64,000 nt of DNA from Rhodospirillales bacterium (GTDB lineage: Bacteria > Pseudomonadota > Alphaproteobacteria > JAJFIK01), in assembly GCA_021775005.1 (NCBI GenBank), contig JAJFIK010000009.1, forward strand, positions 6,616 through 70,615, read 5' to 3'. The position numbers were made by a program, and so were the translations under genes. This document shows positions 40,445-50,590 of the stretch, one piece after another. The notes below the pieces were generated by a model. That model made no database searches. It worked only from the letters and a program-made list of their open reading frames with translations, and had not been told where the DNA came from. The number at the start of each line of letters is the position of its first letter. Within the stretch, counting starts at the first letter, position 1.

Positions 40445-42317
40445 GTGCCACATGCAAACGGGCCCCGCTGCTTGGGGCGGCCCGTTTTTTGTTTTCAGGA
40501 ACCGCTGCGCCCGCCCCCGGCTGTGCGTTGGGAATGCGCGCCATGATGCAGCCCTTGAACTGGAAGGTGCCCTTTTTGCCAGCGCGCTTTGGCGATCCTC
40601 CGCCCCTCCAGGCGTCGGCGCTCCACATTGAATTGGTGCCGGTATGGGATTTGCGTTGGGCGTCAACGGCGACGTCCTTCAGCGCTTTCTGAACGGTCGC
40701 ATCACCAATAAGCTCTGCATGTTCATTGCGGGCGAGATAGGCCCTGAGCTCGATGAACGCCCGCTCGCCTTCATCGCGGCTGCGCGGCGGCAGCACCTGC
40801 ACCATTGTTGCGTCCACGTCGGTTGCGCCGAGCAACTTGCTTAGAAGCGGATAAATGGACGTCTCCCCCTTGGGAGGCGTCAGCACGATAAACGACCGGT
40901 AGGGGCTGAGCAGCCGACGCAGGCCAGTTTCTGCGTCAACGGCAAACAGATGATCCATCGCCGCCCGGACGCAGGTTGTCGCCTCAACCATCATGGCGCG
41001 GCGCTCAGGGGGCAGATCGGTGTAAGGCGCAGGGTCGCGGAAGACGGGGAACCATTCAAACGGGGCGGCGCCCCAGAACCCGTCCCGATAGCTTCGCTGG
41101 TTCAGCAACCGGACAATGGCCTCCAAATCCGGCAGTTTCAGCTTTTCAGTTTTCTTGAGCTTCTCGCGGTCCTTCTTAGGAGCCTTGTTCAAGGCAGCCT
41201 TTTGTTCGTCTTTCAAGGCAGCCATGAATTCCCGAATAAGGGCGCCGGCGAAAAAGTATCTGTCGCTTTTAAGCAGACCATCACGCTTTGCAGCAGCTTC
41301 CCGTCCGCGCAGCTTGGCGCATTCGCTCAGAGCTTTAAAAGTGGCCCTGTCTTTGATGTCATTGAACTGGCCGGTCTGTTTGGCAATCTGCAGAAAAATG
41401 TATCGCGCAGCGGCTTTGTCGACGTCTTTTGGCTTTTGTGCCTTGCGCGACAAAAGCAGATAGCGCGTCAGGTTCCCTTCGCCATAATCCTGAATGCCGC
41501 GCACGAGGCGTGCGTCGGTTGCCGGGGTGTTGGAGCCGTGATCGGCCCCTGCCCGTTCCGCCTCTGCCTCCGCGTCTTCGTTGTCGGCTTCAGCGTTGGG
41601 AAGTTGCGCTGCGGATGTCTTACGCACCGCGCCGCCGACGCGGACGAGATCGAACATGCGTGCCGAATAGGCCGAGCCGATGGCCGCCACCTTTAGCGAA
41701 TAGGGTGGGTTCATCACCTCGACATTCAGCTCGTCGGTTTCCGTCTTGATGCTCTTTGCCGCCGCCGCCGTGCAGGTCATGGTCACGCGCCGGGCATTGG
41801 GCATGGTGCGGGAAATGAAATCGGCGCACTGGCGCAGGCCCTGATCGTCTGAGCGGATTTCCGAAATCGCGCTCAGGATCGCTTCCTGCTTCTCGGGCGC
41901 GCCATCAAGGCGATCCTGAATCGCCAGGAGCTCGAGTTCTTCGTCTGGCCGGAACACCCCAAAGCGTTGTGCCAGCGATTTGGTGACCAGCACATGGTGC
42001 TCGACCTGCTGATAGACATCGTCAATCACATGCACGCCGTTTTGGGCGATCAGCGACAGTGGCTCCACTACCATGCCGGTCCGGTTGTTATGGACGGCAA
42101 CCACTGCGGCGTCAGCGCGGCCTTCGGTCAGAAGCTCAAACACTTCCTCATAGGTGGGCTGCGGTGCAGGCTTGTACTTGGAGGCAAATTCCGTCCGCTG
42201 GGTCACGGCAAAGCCGCACGCGCCCTGTTCTCCCTGGCAGGCAAGGTACTCCGTTGCTCTGTCTGCAGGTTCAGCCATGGCCGGTTCGGGTGCCTCGCAT
42301 CGACGTGGTAAATTCAT
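40434..42317 (-). CDS. Prephenate-dehydratase (PDT)-domain protein fused to ~380-aa uncharacterised Lys/Arg-rich C-terminal region
   Basis: N-terminal ~250 aa align to the PheA PDT fold (YLACQGEQGACGF ~ VAYQGxPGAYSE; AAVVAVHNNRTGMVVEPL ~ GVVPIENSxxGxV). No ACT domain. An acidic linker is followed by an unknown domain. Flanked by a MITE copy upstream. Confidence 0.55.
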   Translation of the reverse strand: MNLPRRCEAPEPAMAEPADRATEYLACQGEQGACGFAVTQRTEFASKYKPAPQPTYEEVFELLTEGRADAAVVAVHNNRTGMVVEPLSLIAQNGVHVIDDVYQQVEHHVLVTKSLAQRFGVFRPDEELELLAIQDRLDGAPEKQEAILSAISEIRSDDQGLRQCADFISRTMPNARRVTMTCTAAAAKSIKTETDELNVEVMNPPYSLKVAAIGSAYSARMFDLVRVGGAVRKTSAAQLPNAEADNEDAEAEAERAGADHGSNTPATDARLVRGIQDYGEGNLTRYLLLSRKAQKPKDVDKAAARYIFLQIAKQTGQFNDIKDRATFKALSECAKLRGREAAAKRDGLLKSDRYFFAGALIREFMAALKDEQKAALNKAPKKDREKLKKTEKLKLPDLEAIVRLLNQRSYRDGFWGAAPFEWFPVFRDPAPYTDLPPERRAMMVEATTCVRAAMDHLFAVDAETGLRRLLSPYRSFIVLTPPKGETSIYPLLSKLLGATDVDATMVQVLPPRSRDEGERAFIELRAYLARNEHAELIGDATVQKALKDVAVDAQRKSHTGTNSMWSADAWRGGGSPKRAGKKGTFQFKGCIMARIPNAQPGAGAAVPENKKRAAPSSGARLHVAPNL

Positions 42318-42374
42318 CTATATGATACACCCAATTTCGCAGGGGAGTCCAGAAACCACGAGTGCTTGCCAACT

Positions 42375-42468
42375 GTCATCCCGGAAATCGCGGCAGCGAT
42401 TTCCGGGATCTCACGGCGTAGGTTCTTGTTGGAGATCCCGGGCGCCCGGCGGTGCCCCGGGATGACGG
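42375..42468. mobile_element. MITE-like element copy C (TIR tgtcatcccgg ... ccgggatgacgg)
   Basis: Best-conserved copy. Both internal hairpins are nearly perfect. Confidence 0.6.
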
Positions 42469-42477
42469 GCATTGGGG

Positions 42478-43782
42478 TCAGAGCACGTAGCGAGACAAAT
42501 CCGCGTTTTTGGCTAGATCGCCAATATGACTGTCAACATATGCTGCATCCACGGTGATCGCCTCCCCGCCCTGATCGGTGGCGGAAAAGCTGATCTCATC
42601 CAGCACCCGCTCCAGCACCGTGTGAAGCCGCCGGGCGCCGATGTTTTCCACGCTGGCGTTCACGTCCGCGGCAATGTCAGCAATGGCGTCCACGCCATCA
42701 GGGGTGAACGTGAGCGTCAGCCCTTCGGTGCCCATCAAGGCCTCATATTGGCGGATCAGGCTCGCCTCGGGTTCGGTGAGGATGCGGACAAAGTCATCGC
42801 GGGTCAGCGCCTGCAGCTCCACCCGAATGGGCAGACGGCCCTGCAATTCCGGCAGCAGGTCTGAAGGTTTGGCGATATGGAAGGCACCGGACGCAATAAA
42901 GAGGATATGGTCGGTCTTCACCGGGCCATGTTTGGTGGGCACCGTGGAGCCCTCAATAAGCGGCAGCAGGTCCCGCTGGACCCCTTCGCGGGAGACGTCA
43001 GCGCCCCGCGCGTCAGATCTGGCAGTTATCTTGTCAATTTCATCCAAGAAAACGATACCGTCATTCTCCGCTATTTCGATGGCCTCGCGGACGAGTGCGT
43101 CTTCGTCAAGTAACTTGTCAGATTCCTCTGCCACTAAAGGCTCATAGGCGTCTTTGACAAACAACTTGCGCTTTTTCGTCCTGCGGCCCCCTTGCCCCAG
43201 TAGGTCCCCCAGATTCAGCATGCCCACTTGGGATCCGGGCATGCCAGGGATCTCAAGCCCCCCCAATGGGCTGGAGGTATCGGCCACATCGATCTCAATT
43301 TCCTTGATATCGAGCTCTCCGGCCCGAAGCTTGGTGCGGAAGCTATCCCGCGTGCCGGCGCTGGCGGTGGGCCCTACCAGGGCATCAAGCACGCGTTCTT
43401 CGGCGGCGGATTCAGCGGCCGCTTGCACCGCTTTGCGCTTCTTGGTGCGGGTCAGGCCAATGGAGATCTCGATGAGATCACGGATGATCTGCTCTACGTC
43501 GCGGCCCACATAGCCCACTTCGGTGAATTTGGTCGCTTCCACCTTGAGAAACGGGGCCCCGGCGAGCCGCGCCAGGCGGCGCGATATCTCGGTTTTTCCC
43601 ACCCCGGTCGGGCCGATCATAAGGATATTTTTCGGCAATACTTCCTCGCGCAGATCTTCAGGCAGCTGTTGCCGCCGCCAGCGGTTGCGCAAAGCGATAG
43701 CAACAGCGCGTTTGGCATCGCCTTGGCCAATAATGAAGCGATCGAGCTCGGAAACGATCTCGCGAGGGGAAAAATCTGACAT
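42478..43782 (-). CDS. hslU: ATP-dependent protease ATPase subunit HslU
   Basis: 434 aa, Walker A GPTGVGKT. Confidence 0.97.
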   Translation of the reverse strand: MSDFSPREIVSELDRFIIGQGDAKRAVAIALRNRWRRQQLPEDLREEVLPKNILMIGPTGVGKTEISRRLARLAGAPFLKVEATKFTEVGYVGRDVEQIIRDLIEISIGLTRTKKRKAVQAAAESAAEERVLDALVGPTASAGTRDSFRTKLRAGELDIKEIEIDVADTSSPLGGLEIPGMPGSQVGMLNLGDLLGQGGRRTKKRKLFVKDAYEPLVAEESDKLLDEDALVREAIEIAENDGIVFLDEIDKITARSDARGADVSREGVQRDLLPLIEGSTVPTKHGPVKTDHILFIASGAFHIAKPSDLLPELQGRLPIRVELQALTRDDFVRILTEPEASLIRQYEALMGTEGLTLTFTPDGVDAIADIAADVNASVENIGARRLHTVLERVLDEISFSATDQGGEAITVDAAYVDSHIGDLAKNADLSRYVL

Positions 43783-43786
43783 CTGG

Positions 43787-44335
43787 TTAGGAACTCAACT
43801 TCTCTAAAGTGACGGAATCATTGGTGTAAACGCATATTTCAGCGGCAATGGCCATGGCTTTGCGGGCAATGGCTTCGGCGTCCATATCGGTTTCCATGAG
43901 CGCGCGGGCCGCCGCCAAGGCATAGGTGCCGCCGGAGCCGATCCCCGCCACACCGCTTTCGGGTTCCAAAACATCGCCGGTTCCGGTGAGAACTAGGGAT
44001 GTTTTCGCATCCGCAACGATCATCATGGCCTCCAGGCGGCGGAGGTATCTATCTGTGCGCCAATCCTTGGCCAGCTCCACACAAGCGCGCAACAGCTGGC
44101 CCGGGTGCTGCTCCAGCCGGCCCTCAAGGCGCTCAAAAAGCGTAAAGGCATCCGCCGTGGCGCCGGCAAATCCGGTAATCACTTTGCCGCCGGAGCCGAT
44201 GGGCCGCACTTTCTGGGCCGTGGCTTTGATCACCGTCTGCCCCAGGGTGACCTGGCCGTCGCCAGCGACCACCACCATACCGCCCTTGCGCACAGTGAGG
44301 ATGGTTGTGCCGTGCATTACGGGAGCATCTGTCAT
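43787..44335 (-). CDS. hslV: ATP-dependent protease subunit HslV
   Basis: N-terminal TTIL(T)VR Thr-protease start. Confidence 0.95.
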   Translation of the reverse strand: MTDAPVMHGTTILTVRKGGMVVVAGDGQVTLGQTVIKATAQKVRPIGSGGKVITGFAGATADAFTLFERLEGRLEQHPGQLLRACVELAKDWRTDRYLRRLEAMMIVADAKTSLVLTGTGDVLEPESGVAGIGSGGTYALAAARALMETDMDAEAIARKAMAIAAEICVYTNDSVTLEKLSS

Positions 44336-45139
44336 GGGGGGTCGCTTTCGCTTTGGCAGGGAAACCTCTGGGCCCCTTCCATGTGGCGGTTAGGGGTCAA
44401 GCGTCAAGGGGCAAGCGGAAAAGGGCACCTTGGGAGGCTGAATTCTTCAGATGACCGTCATCATATTAAAATGCTCTCGTCTCAAGGTCGAGACCCGGCG
44501 AATTCAGCCGACAAACTTTAAAAACACGAGATATGCAGTCCACGCCCCGCCTCCTGCGAGCGCTATGAGGGCCAACAATGGCGACGGCTGAGATGACATG
44601 CGGGGGCGTGGGGTGTGGGCTAATCGCACCGCGCGCACATAAGTGTCTTCACCGTCTCCGGGCCCTGGGCGCGGCGGCAGAATGGCAGCAAAAGCAACAA
44701 TTGCGCCGAACATCAAAGGCGAAAAAATCAGAATCCAATCCATCGATCCAACGTAACAGCCCTGCCGATTTTGCCAATGCCGCCTTGCCCGCTTCTGGAC
44801 GTGCGCCGAACCCAGGCCCCCTAGAAATACAGCTTCACTGCAGCAAGGGCGGCGCTTAGCGCCAGGCCTACCAGCAAAATCACCAGCGCGCCGCCGCAGC
44901 CCGCGCCAGATATGGGGCTCGAATTCCAATTGAAGCCCACCTGGCCCGGGGGCGGGATGTGCAAATCATTGAAGGTCCGCTCGGGGGTTCCCGGCAGCCT
45001 CCAAAATGCCGCCAAAATGCCCGCGGCGATGGTGGGGAGTAGAACAACATTTCAGCTCATGGGGCGAGCATAACAACCCCGCTGCCTTCGTGCTTTGCCG
45101 AAAACCAAGTTCCTTGCCAAGGGCACAGAATCAGGATAG

Positions 45140-45154
45140 GTTCTTGTTTTGTTC
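45140..45154 (+). promoter_or_regulatory. Alphaproteobacterial LexA (SOS) box GTTC-N7-GTTC
   Basis: gttcttgttttgttc, 18 bp upstream of the dinD ATG. Confidence 0.6.
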
Positions 45155-45171
45155 CGGTCGTGGAGTGCCAT

Positions 45172-46038
45172 ATGCGCAAGGATCTGATTTCCGAGTTACA
45201 TCGAAGATTTGAAGATGTTTCCAGCCACCTTAGTGGCACTTCTGGGGAGACGGTTGAATGCTGGACCGCCCGAGATATTCAACCCCTTCTTGGGTATGAT
45301 ACGTGGCGGCGCTTTCACGACGTTATCGTGAAAGCAATGCGCGCCTGCGAACAGTCTGGCCATGAGATTGGAGACCATTTTGTCGACGTCGGCAAAATGG
45401 TCAGTTTGGGGTCCGGAGCGGAACGAGAAGTTCCCGATATCCTTTTAAGCCGTTATGCCTGCTATCTCATTGCTCAAAACGGCGATTCCAAAAAGGAACC
45501 CGTAGCATTTGCGCAAACCTATTTTGCACTGCAAACGAGAAAACAGGAGCTAATTGAAGAGCGGCTGGCGGACGCAGAGCGCCTCGAAGCTCGAGACAAG
45601 TTAAAGAGAACTGAAAAGGAGCTGAGTGGGGCACTCTACCAGAGAGGTATCGACCAAAGGGGGTTTGCCATCATTCGCAGTAAGGGTGACATGGCACTAT
45701 TTGGCGGTCGCACCACAGCGGACATGAAGTATCGCCTCGGAATTGCCAAAACCCGCGCCTTAGCCGACTTTTTGCCGACCGTTACTATCAAGGCCAAGGA
45801 TTTGGCTGCCGAAATGACCAACCACACTGTTCGCACACAAAATTTGCATGGCCAATCACCAATCGCGGCTGAACATGTAAGAAGCAATACTAATGTTAGG
45901 GCTGCGCTCAACAAAAGTGCCATATATCCAGAAAATCTCCCGGCGGCTGAAGATGCCAAGAAACTGGAGCGCCGCGTTCAAAAAGAAGAAATTGAGCTCG
46001 CCAAGCGCGCCGAAGACGCCAAACTAAGAGGTCGCTGA
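45172..46038 (+). CDS. dinD: DNA-damage-inducible protein D (DinD family), low GC
   Basis: ...WTARDIQPLLGYDTWRRFHDVI...VDVGKMVSLGSGAEREVPDILLSRYACYLIAQNGD... aligns closely to E. coli DinD. Preceded by a LexA box. Confidence 0.7.
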   Translation: MRKDLISELHRRFEDVSSHLSGTSGETVECWTARDIQPLLGYDTWRRFHDVIVKAMRACEQSGHEIGDHFVDVGKMVSLGSGAEREVPDILLSRYACYLIAQNGDSKKEPVAFAQTYFALQTRKQELIEERLADAERLEARDKLKRTEKELSGALYQRGIDQRGFAIIRSKGDMALFGGRTTADMKYRLGIAKTRALADFLPTVTIKAKDLAAEMTNHTVRTQNLHGQSPIAAEHVRSNTNVRAALNKSAIYPENLPAAEDAKKLERRVQKEEIELAKRAEDAKLRGR

Positions 46039-46089
46039 GCTGATTTGGTCTAACAACCCCGCCGCCTTCGCCAAGGCTGCAGCTCAGCT

Positions 46090-46533
46090 TCAGGCGGGCA
46101 GCGTCTTGCACATCATGATCTTGTTGCCGTCCTGGCCCACACGCTCCCAGCCCAAGCGCTCATAAAACGCAATGGTTTTGGGCATCAAAGCATGAGTTGT
46201 GAGGCGCAATTCCTGTTGGCCCCAGTTGTGGGCGCAGGCTTCCGCGTGCGCCAGAAGCTGCCGCCCCAGCCCCTGGCCTTGGGCGGCCGGGTCCACCGCC
46301 AAATTTGCCAAATGCACAAAGTCATCCGCCGCCGACAGAACCATCACGCCAGCAATGTGGCCTTTGAGCTCCACCACCCAGGCGCGGGTCTGCGCGATGT
46401 CATCGGCGAGGCCCTGGGATACCGGCGGCAGGTCGTGGATGGTGCTCTGAAAGGGGGCGTAAGCAGCAACGACGCAGCGCTTCAGGGCGGCCAAATCTCC
46501 CGCAACGGCTTGGCGGATCAAAGCCGACCTCAC
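46090..46533 (-). CDS. GNAT family N-acetyltransferase
   Basis: 147 aa, ...QGQGLGRQLL... acetyl-CoA-binding motif A. Confidence 0.7.
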   Translation of the reverse strand: MRSALIRQAVAGDLAALKRCVVAAYAPFQSTIHDLPPVSQGLADDIAQTRAWVVELKGHIAGVMVLSAADDFVHLANLAVDPAAQGQGLGRQLLAHAEACAHNWGQQELRLTTHALMPKTIAFYERLGWERVGQDGNKIMMCKTLPA

Positions 46534-47552
46534 GCCATAAGCCCGGCTGATTTGGCCAGTGCTGCTAGGTCCGCCTCAGGCCGCGCGCCAAAATGGCTAA
46601 TGACCTCAGCGGCTGCCAGGGATCCCAGATGCCCGCAAGTTGCGGCGTCTCTGCCCGTCGCCACGCCATAAAGAAACCCGGCGGCATATTGGTCGCCAGC
46701 GCCGGTGGTATCCACCACTTTGGCCACGGGGCTAGCGGAAATCACATGAACCTCGCTGTCCCACAGCACCACCGAGCCATGCTCTGAGCGGGTGAGGGCG
46801 GCGACGGGGCAGTGATGGCCTAACGCTTGGAGCGCGTCATCAAAACTCTCGGTCTCATAAAGCGACTTTAGCTCCGCCTCATTTGCAAAAAGAATGTCCA
46901 CTTCGCTCTCGATAAGTTTGAGGAAGTCAGCGCGATAGCGATCCACGCAAAATGAGTCCGACAAGGTCAGTGCCACTTTGCGCCCTGCCCCATGAGCGAT
47001 TTTGGCGGCCTTATAAAACGCCGCACGGGCAGGGGCGGGGTCAAACAAATAACCCTCAAGATAAGTCACGCCGGCGTCAGCCACGTCGGCCTCGATGACA
47101 TCATCGGGGGTCAGCGCCCCGGCAGCGCCGAGATAAGTGCTCATGGAGCGCTGGGCATCGGGAGTGACAAGGATAAAGCATCGCGCCGTCGCGGCACCCG
47201 CTTCCGCGATCGGGGTTGCGAACTGAACCCCGGCGGCGCGGATGTCATGGGCGAATACTTGCCCCAATTGGTCATTGCGCACCTTGCCCACAAAGGCACC
47301 CTTGCCGCCAAAAGCCGCCACGCCGTGAATCGTGTTTGCCGCAGAGCCGCCAGAAATTTCCACCGCCGGGCCCATGGCTGCATAAAGTTCCTCCGCGCGG
47401 GCATCATCAATCAGCGTCATGGCGCCTTTGGTGATGGCATTAGCGGCAAGAAACGCATCGTCCGCGTGGGCGAGCACATCCACAATGGCATTGCCAATGC
47501 CCAAGACATCAAAGCGAGAAGCGGTCATGAAAACTCCTGAATTAACCTGCAA
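46530..47552 (-). CDS. PfkB-family carbohydrate/adenosine kinase
   Basis: DTTGAGDQYAAGFLYG C-terminal PfkB signature. GG dipeptide near the N-terminus. Confidence 0.8.
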   Translation of the reverse strand: MQVNSGVFMTASRFDVLGIGNAIVDVLAHADDAFLAANAITKGAMTLIDDARAEELYAAMGPAVEISGGSAANTIHGVAAFGGKGAFVGKVRNDQLGQVFAHDIRAAGVQFATPIAEAGAATARCFILVTPDAQRSMSTYLGAAGALTPDDVIEADVADAGVTYLEGYLFDPAPARAAFYKAAKIAHGAGRKVALTLSDSFCVDRYRADFLKLIESEVDILFANEAELKSLYETESFDDALQALGHHCPVAALTRSEHGSVVLWDSEVHVISASPVAKVVDTTGAGDQYAAGFLYGVATGRDAATCGHLGSLAAAEVISHFGARPEADLAALAKSAGLMA

Positions 47553-47650
47553 TGAAATGAAGCGCCCGCATCCATAGAATATGCCGCGCGGCGTTGCTAG
47601 GGTAGAGCGGTTAAATCGGGCCGGCCAAAAGGTCGGGCAGGGGAGCTGTT

Positions 47651-48142
47651 ATGGCAAAGATTTGGGCAAGCGTAGTGGTGATGGCCGTCCTGGCGCTCGG
47701 GGCTTGCCAGAGCACCAGCGGCCCGCCTGCGGCAGATGAAAGCGCCATGCCGCAAAACCGCGCCAGCGAAGCGACCTCTCCAATCAACGTGCCCACCAAC
47801 GATCCCATCAGTACGCCGCAAATGGCAGCAGTGCCGCATCGTGCGCCCATAGAGCCCAGCTTCATCCCTACATCAGAAGACCTCATTGGGGTCGATGCCA
47901 TCGAGGCAGAAAGCATGCTTGGGGCGGCAACCCTCAAGCGCACCGATCACGGCAGCGAGATGTGGCAATACCGCTCCGATGTATGTGTCTTGTTTGTGTT
48001 TTTGTATCCCGATGATGATGGCGCAATGGCGGTTTCATATCTTACCGCTGGCGCAGCGGCGGCAGGGGGCAGCGTGCCAGACGACGACGCCTGCATTGCG
48101 GCGGCGGTGCGCGCGGCGGCCAATGCCCCTGCGACAAGCTAG
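47651..48142 (+). CDS. Hypothetical lipoprotein
   Basis: Lipobox LGAC. No recognisable domain. Confidence 0.5.
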   Translation: MAKIWASVVVMAVLALGACQSTSGPPAADESAMPQNRASEATSPINVPTNDPISTPQMAAVPHRAPIEPSFIPTSEDLIGVDAIEAESMLGAATLKRTDHGSEMWQYRSDVCVLFVFLYPDDDGAMAVSYLTAGAAAAGGSVPDDDACIAAAVRAAANAPATS

Positions 48143-48825
48143 GCCTCTTCCACCAGCGGGGCTTTTTCCGGGAACAGGCAAAACTTGTACACCGCGCATT
48201 TGCCGCACTCGGGCTTGCGCGCCTTGCATACATAGCGCCCATGCAAAATCAGCCAATGGTGCGCGTGAAGCTTATAGGCATCGGGCACGGCTTTTTCTAA
48301 AGCCAGCTCGACTTGAAGCGGGTCTTTGCCGGGCGCAAGCCGCGTGCGATTGGAGACACGAAAGATGTGCGTGTCGACGGCAATGGTGGGCTCGCCATAG
48401 GCGACGTTGAGCACAACGTTCGCTGTTTTGCGCCCCACGCCGGGAAGTTTTTCCAGATCCTCTCGTGCGCGCGGCACCTCGCCGCCAAAATCGTCCAGGA
48501 TCATTTGGCTCAGTTTGATGACGTTCTTGGCCTTGTTGCGAAACAGCCCGATGGTTTTGATTGCCTCGCGCAATTTGTCCTCACCGAGCGCCACCATTTT
48601 CTGCGGCGTGTCCACCTTTGCGAAGAGCGGTCTTGTGGCGAGGTTGACGCCTTTGTCTGTAGCCTGGGCGGAAAGGGCCACCGCCACCACAAGTGTAAAG
48701 GTGTTGACGAAATGCAGCTCGGTTTGCGGCTCCGGCACGCCCTCGCTGAGCGCAGCAAAAAACGGCTCAACCCAATCTTTGGGCATTTTGGCAGGGCGGC
48801 GCTTGGGCTGGGATAGTTTGCTCAT
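48139..48825 (-). CDS. nth: Endonuclease III
   Basis: HhH-GPD with LPGVGRKTAN and a C-terminal CxxxxxxCxxCxxxxxC 4Fe-4S cluster. Confidence 0.9.
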   Translation of the reverse strand: MSKLSQPKRRPAKMPKDWVEPFFAALSEGVPEPQTELHFVNTFTLVVAVALSAQATDKGVNLATRPLFAKVDTPQKMVALGEDKLREAIKTIGLFRNKAKNVIKLSQMILDDFGGEVPRAREDLEKLPGVGRKTANVVLNVAYGEPTIAVDTHIFRVSNRTRLAPGKDPLQVELALEKAVPDAYKLHAHHWLILHGRYVCKARKPECGKCAVYKFCLFPEKAPLVEEA

Positions 48826-48919
48826 GGTGCCACGCTACCCAAGCGGCTGCCTGCAGGAAACCCGAAACCTGCGCAAGAACCGGGTGGCGCAGCCCTAATC
48901 TGCCGCCTATCTTTGGCTC

Positions 48920-49795
48920 ATGAGCACGAGAACCAAAAAATTGCGGCGCAAACCTCTACCCAGCCTCGGTCCCGCCGCTCGCGACTATGAGCGTATGGCC
49001 GATGCGATCCGGTTTTTGGAGCGCGCCCGCGAAACCCAGCCCAGCCTTGATGATGTGGCAGACGCTATGGGGCTCTCCCCCACCCATGCGCAGAAGGTCT
49101 TCACCAGATGGGCCGGGGTCAGCCCCAAGCGCTGCCTTGCCGCGCTTACCCACGCCGCAGCGCGAGATGTGCTCACTGGCGGCGGTACCGTGCTGGATGC
49201 AAGCTTTGAGTCAGGTCTCTCAGGCCCTGGCCGCTTGCATGATCTTTTTGTCTCTGTGGAAGCCATGTCCCCCGGCGAGGTGAAACTCAAGGGCAAGGGG
49301 CTCTTGATCGCATTTGGCACGCATGCGACGCCCTTCGGCCCGGGGCTCTTTATGGCCACGGCGCGCGGACTTTGCGGCTTGGGCTTTGTGGATGACGGCG
49401 CGGACGAGGCGGCGTTTAATGACATGGTGGCGCGCTGGCCGCGAGCGGAGTTCATTCATGACCCGTCGAAAACTAGACCTTATGCCGCGCGCGCATTTGG
49501 TGGCGGCGATGGCGAAGCACTGAACCTTCATCTCAGCGGCACACCGTTTCAGCTTCAAGTGTGGCGCGCTTTGCTCGAAGTGCCTAGCGGCACCACCACC
49601 ACCTACACCGACATCGCCAAACAAGTTTGCACTGCAAAGGCCGTGCGCGCGGTGGGAAACGCTGTGGGGCGGAATCACATTTCGTACTTGATCCCCTGTC
49701 ACAGAGTATTGCGGCAGACCGGCGCGTTGGGCGGATATCACTGGGGGGTCACGCGCAAAAAAGCATTGCTCGCCTGGGAAGAGGCGCGGGCCTAA
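48920..49795 (+). CDS. AraC-HTH / methylated-DNA-[protein]-cysteine S-methyltransferase fusion (Ada-like regulator)
   Basis: N-terminal HTH_AraC. C-terminal MGMT with IPCHRV active site. Confidence 0.8.
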   Translation: MSTRTKKLRRKPLPSLGPAARDYERMADAIRFLERARETQPSLDDVADAMGLSPTHAQKVFTRWAGVSPKRCLAALTHAAARDVLTGGGTVLDASFESGLSGPGRLHDLFVSVEAMSPGEVKLKGKGLLIAFGTHATPFGPGLFMATARGLCGLGFVDDGADEAAFNDMVARWPRAEFIHDPSKTRPYAARAFGGGDGEALNLHLSGTPFQLQVWRALLEVPSGTTTTYTDIAKQVCTAKAVRAVGNAVGRNHISYLIPCHRVLRQTGALGGYHWGVTRKKALLAWEEARA

Positions 49796-49804
49796 AGCGT
49801 TCGC

Positions 49805-50590
49805 TTAAAGCCCCAGCACATCTGTCATGGCATAGAATCCTGGCGCTTGATCGCGGGCCCAAAGGGCGGCCTGCACCGCGCCCGCCGCAAACAACGTGCG
49901 GTCCTGGGCCTTGTGGGTGAGCTCCAAACGCTCCGAGCCGCCGGCAAAAATTACCGTGTGTTCGCCGATCACTTCACCGCCGCGCACACTGGAAAAGCCA
50001 ATGTCGCCGGTTTTGCGCGCGCCGGTGATACCGTCTCGCCCGCGCACCGATGAGGTCTCCAGATCAACGCTGCGCCCGGCGGCGGCGGCTTCTCCCAACA
50101 TCAATGCGGTGCCTGATGGCGCATCGACTTTGTGCTTGTGATGCATTTCTGAGATTTCAATATCGTATTGCGGCCCCAACATTGCCGCGGCTTTTTTAGT
50201 CAGCCCCAAAAGCACATTGACGCCGACGGAAAAATTCCCCGCCTTCACCACGCGCGCGCCTTCGGCGGCGGTGCGCAATTGTGTTTCCTGCGCGGGCGTA
50301 AACCCTGTCGTGCCGACGATGTGCACTTGCCCGAAAGAGGCGCAGCCTTGTGCATGGGCAAGGGTTGCTTCAGGTGCGGTGAAATCAAGTAGGCCGTCTG
50401 CGCCTTTCATGGCGGCACAAATGTCATCTGCAATGGTGATGCCGTGAGCTGTTCCCCCGATGCAGGCGGCCCCTTTGCGGTCTACTGCCCCAAAAAGCGC
50501 ACACCCGGGATGGGCCGCAACAACGTTCATGAGCATGCGCCCCATGCGCCCGCCTGCTCCGGCAACAACCAATTTCATGGGCCCGCTCAT
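49805..50590 (-). CDS. dapB: 4-hydroxy-tetrahydrodipicolinate reductase
   Basis: Start at MSGPMKLVVAGAGGRMGR. EISEMHHKHKVDAPSGTAL DapB signature. Confidence 0.9.
   Translation of the reverse strand: MSGPMKLVVAGAGGRMGRMLMNVVAAHPGCALFGAVDRKGAACIGGTAHGITIADDICAAMKGADGLLDFTAPEATLAHAQGCASFGQVHIVGTTGFTPAQETQLRTAAEGARVVKAGNFSVGVNVLLGLTKKAAAMLGPQYDIEISEMHHKHKVDAPSGTALMLGEAAAAGRSVDLETSSVRGRDGITGARKTGDIGFSSVRGGEVIGEHTVIFAGGSERLELTHKAQDRTLFAAGAVQAALWARDQAPGFYAMTDVLGL

Noticed and set aside
44504-45015. Overlapping small hydrophobic ORFs upstream of hslV (141 aa and 64 aa, minus strand)
   Set aside because: The two frames overlap each other and have odd composition. This could be a frameshifted small membrane protein, but there is insufficient evidence to call it.
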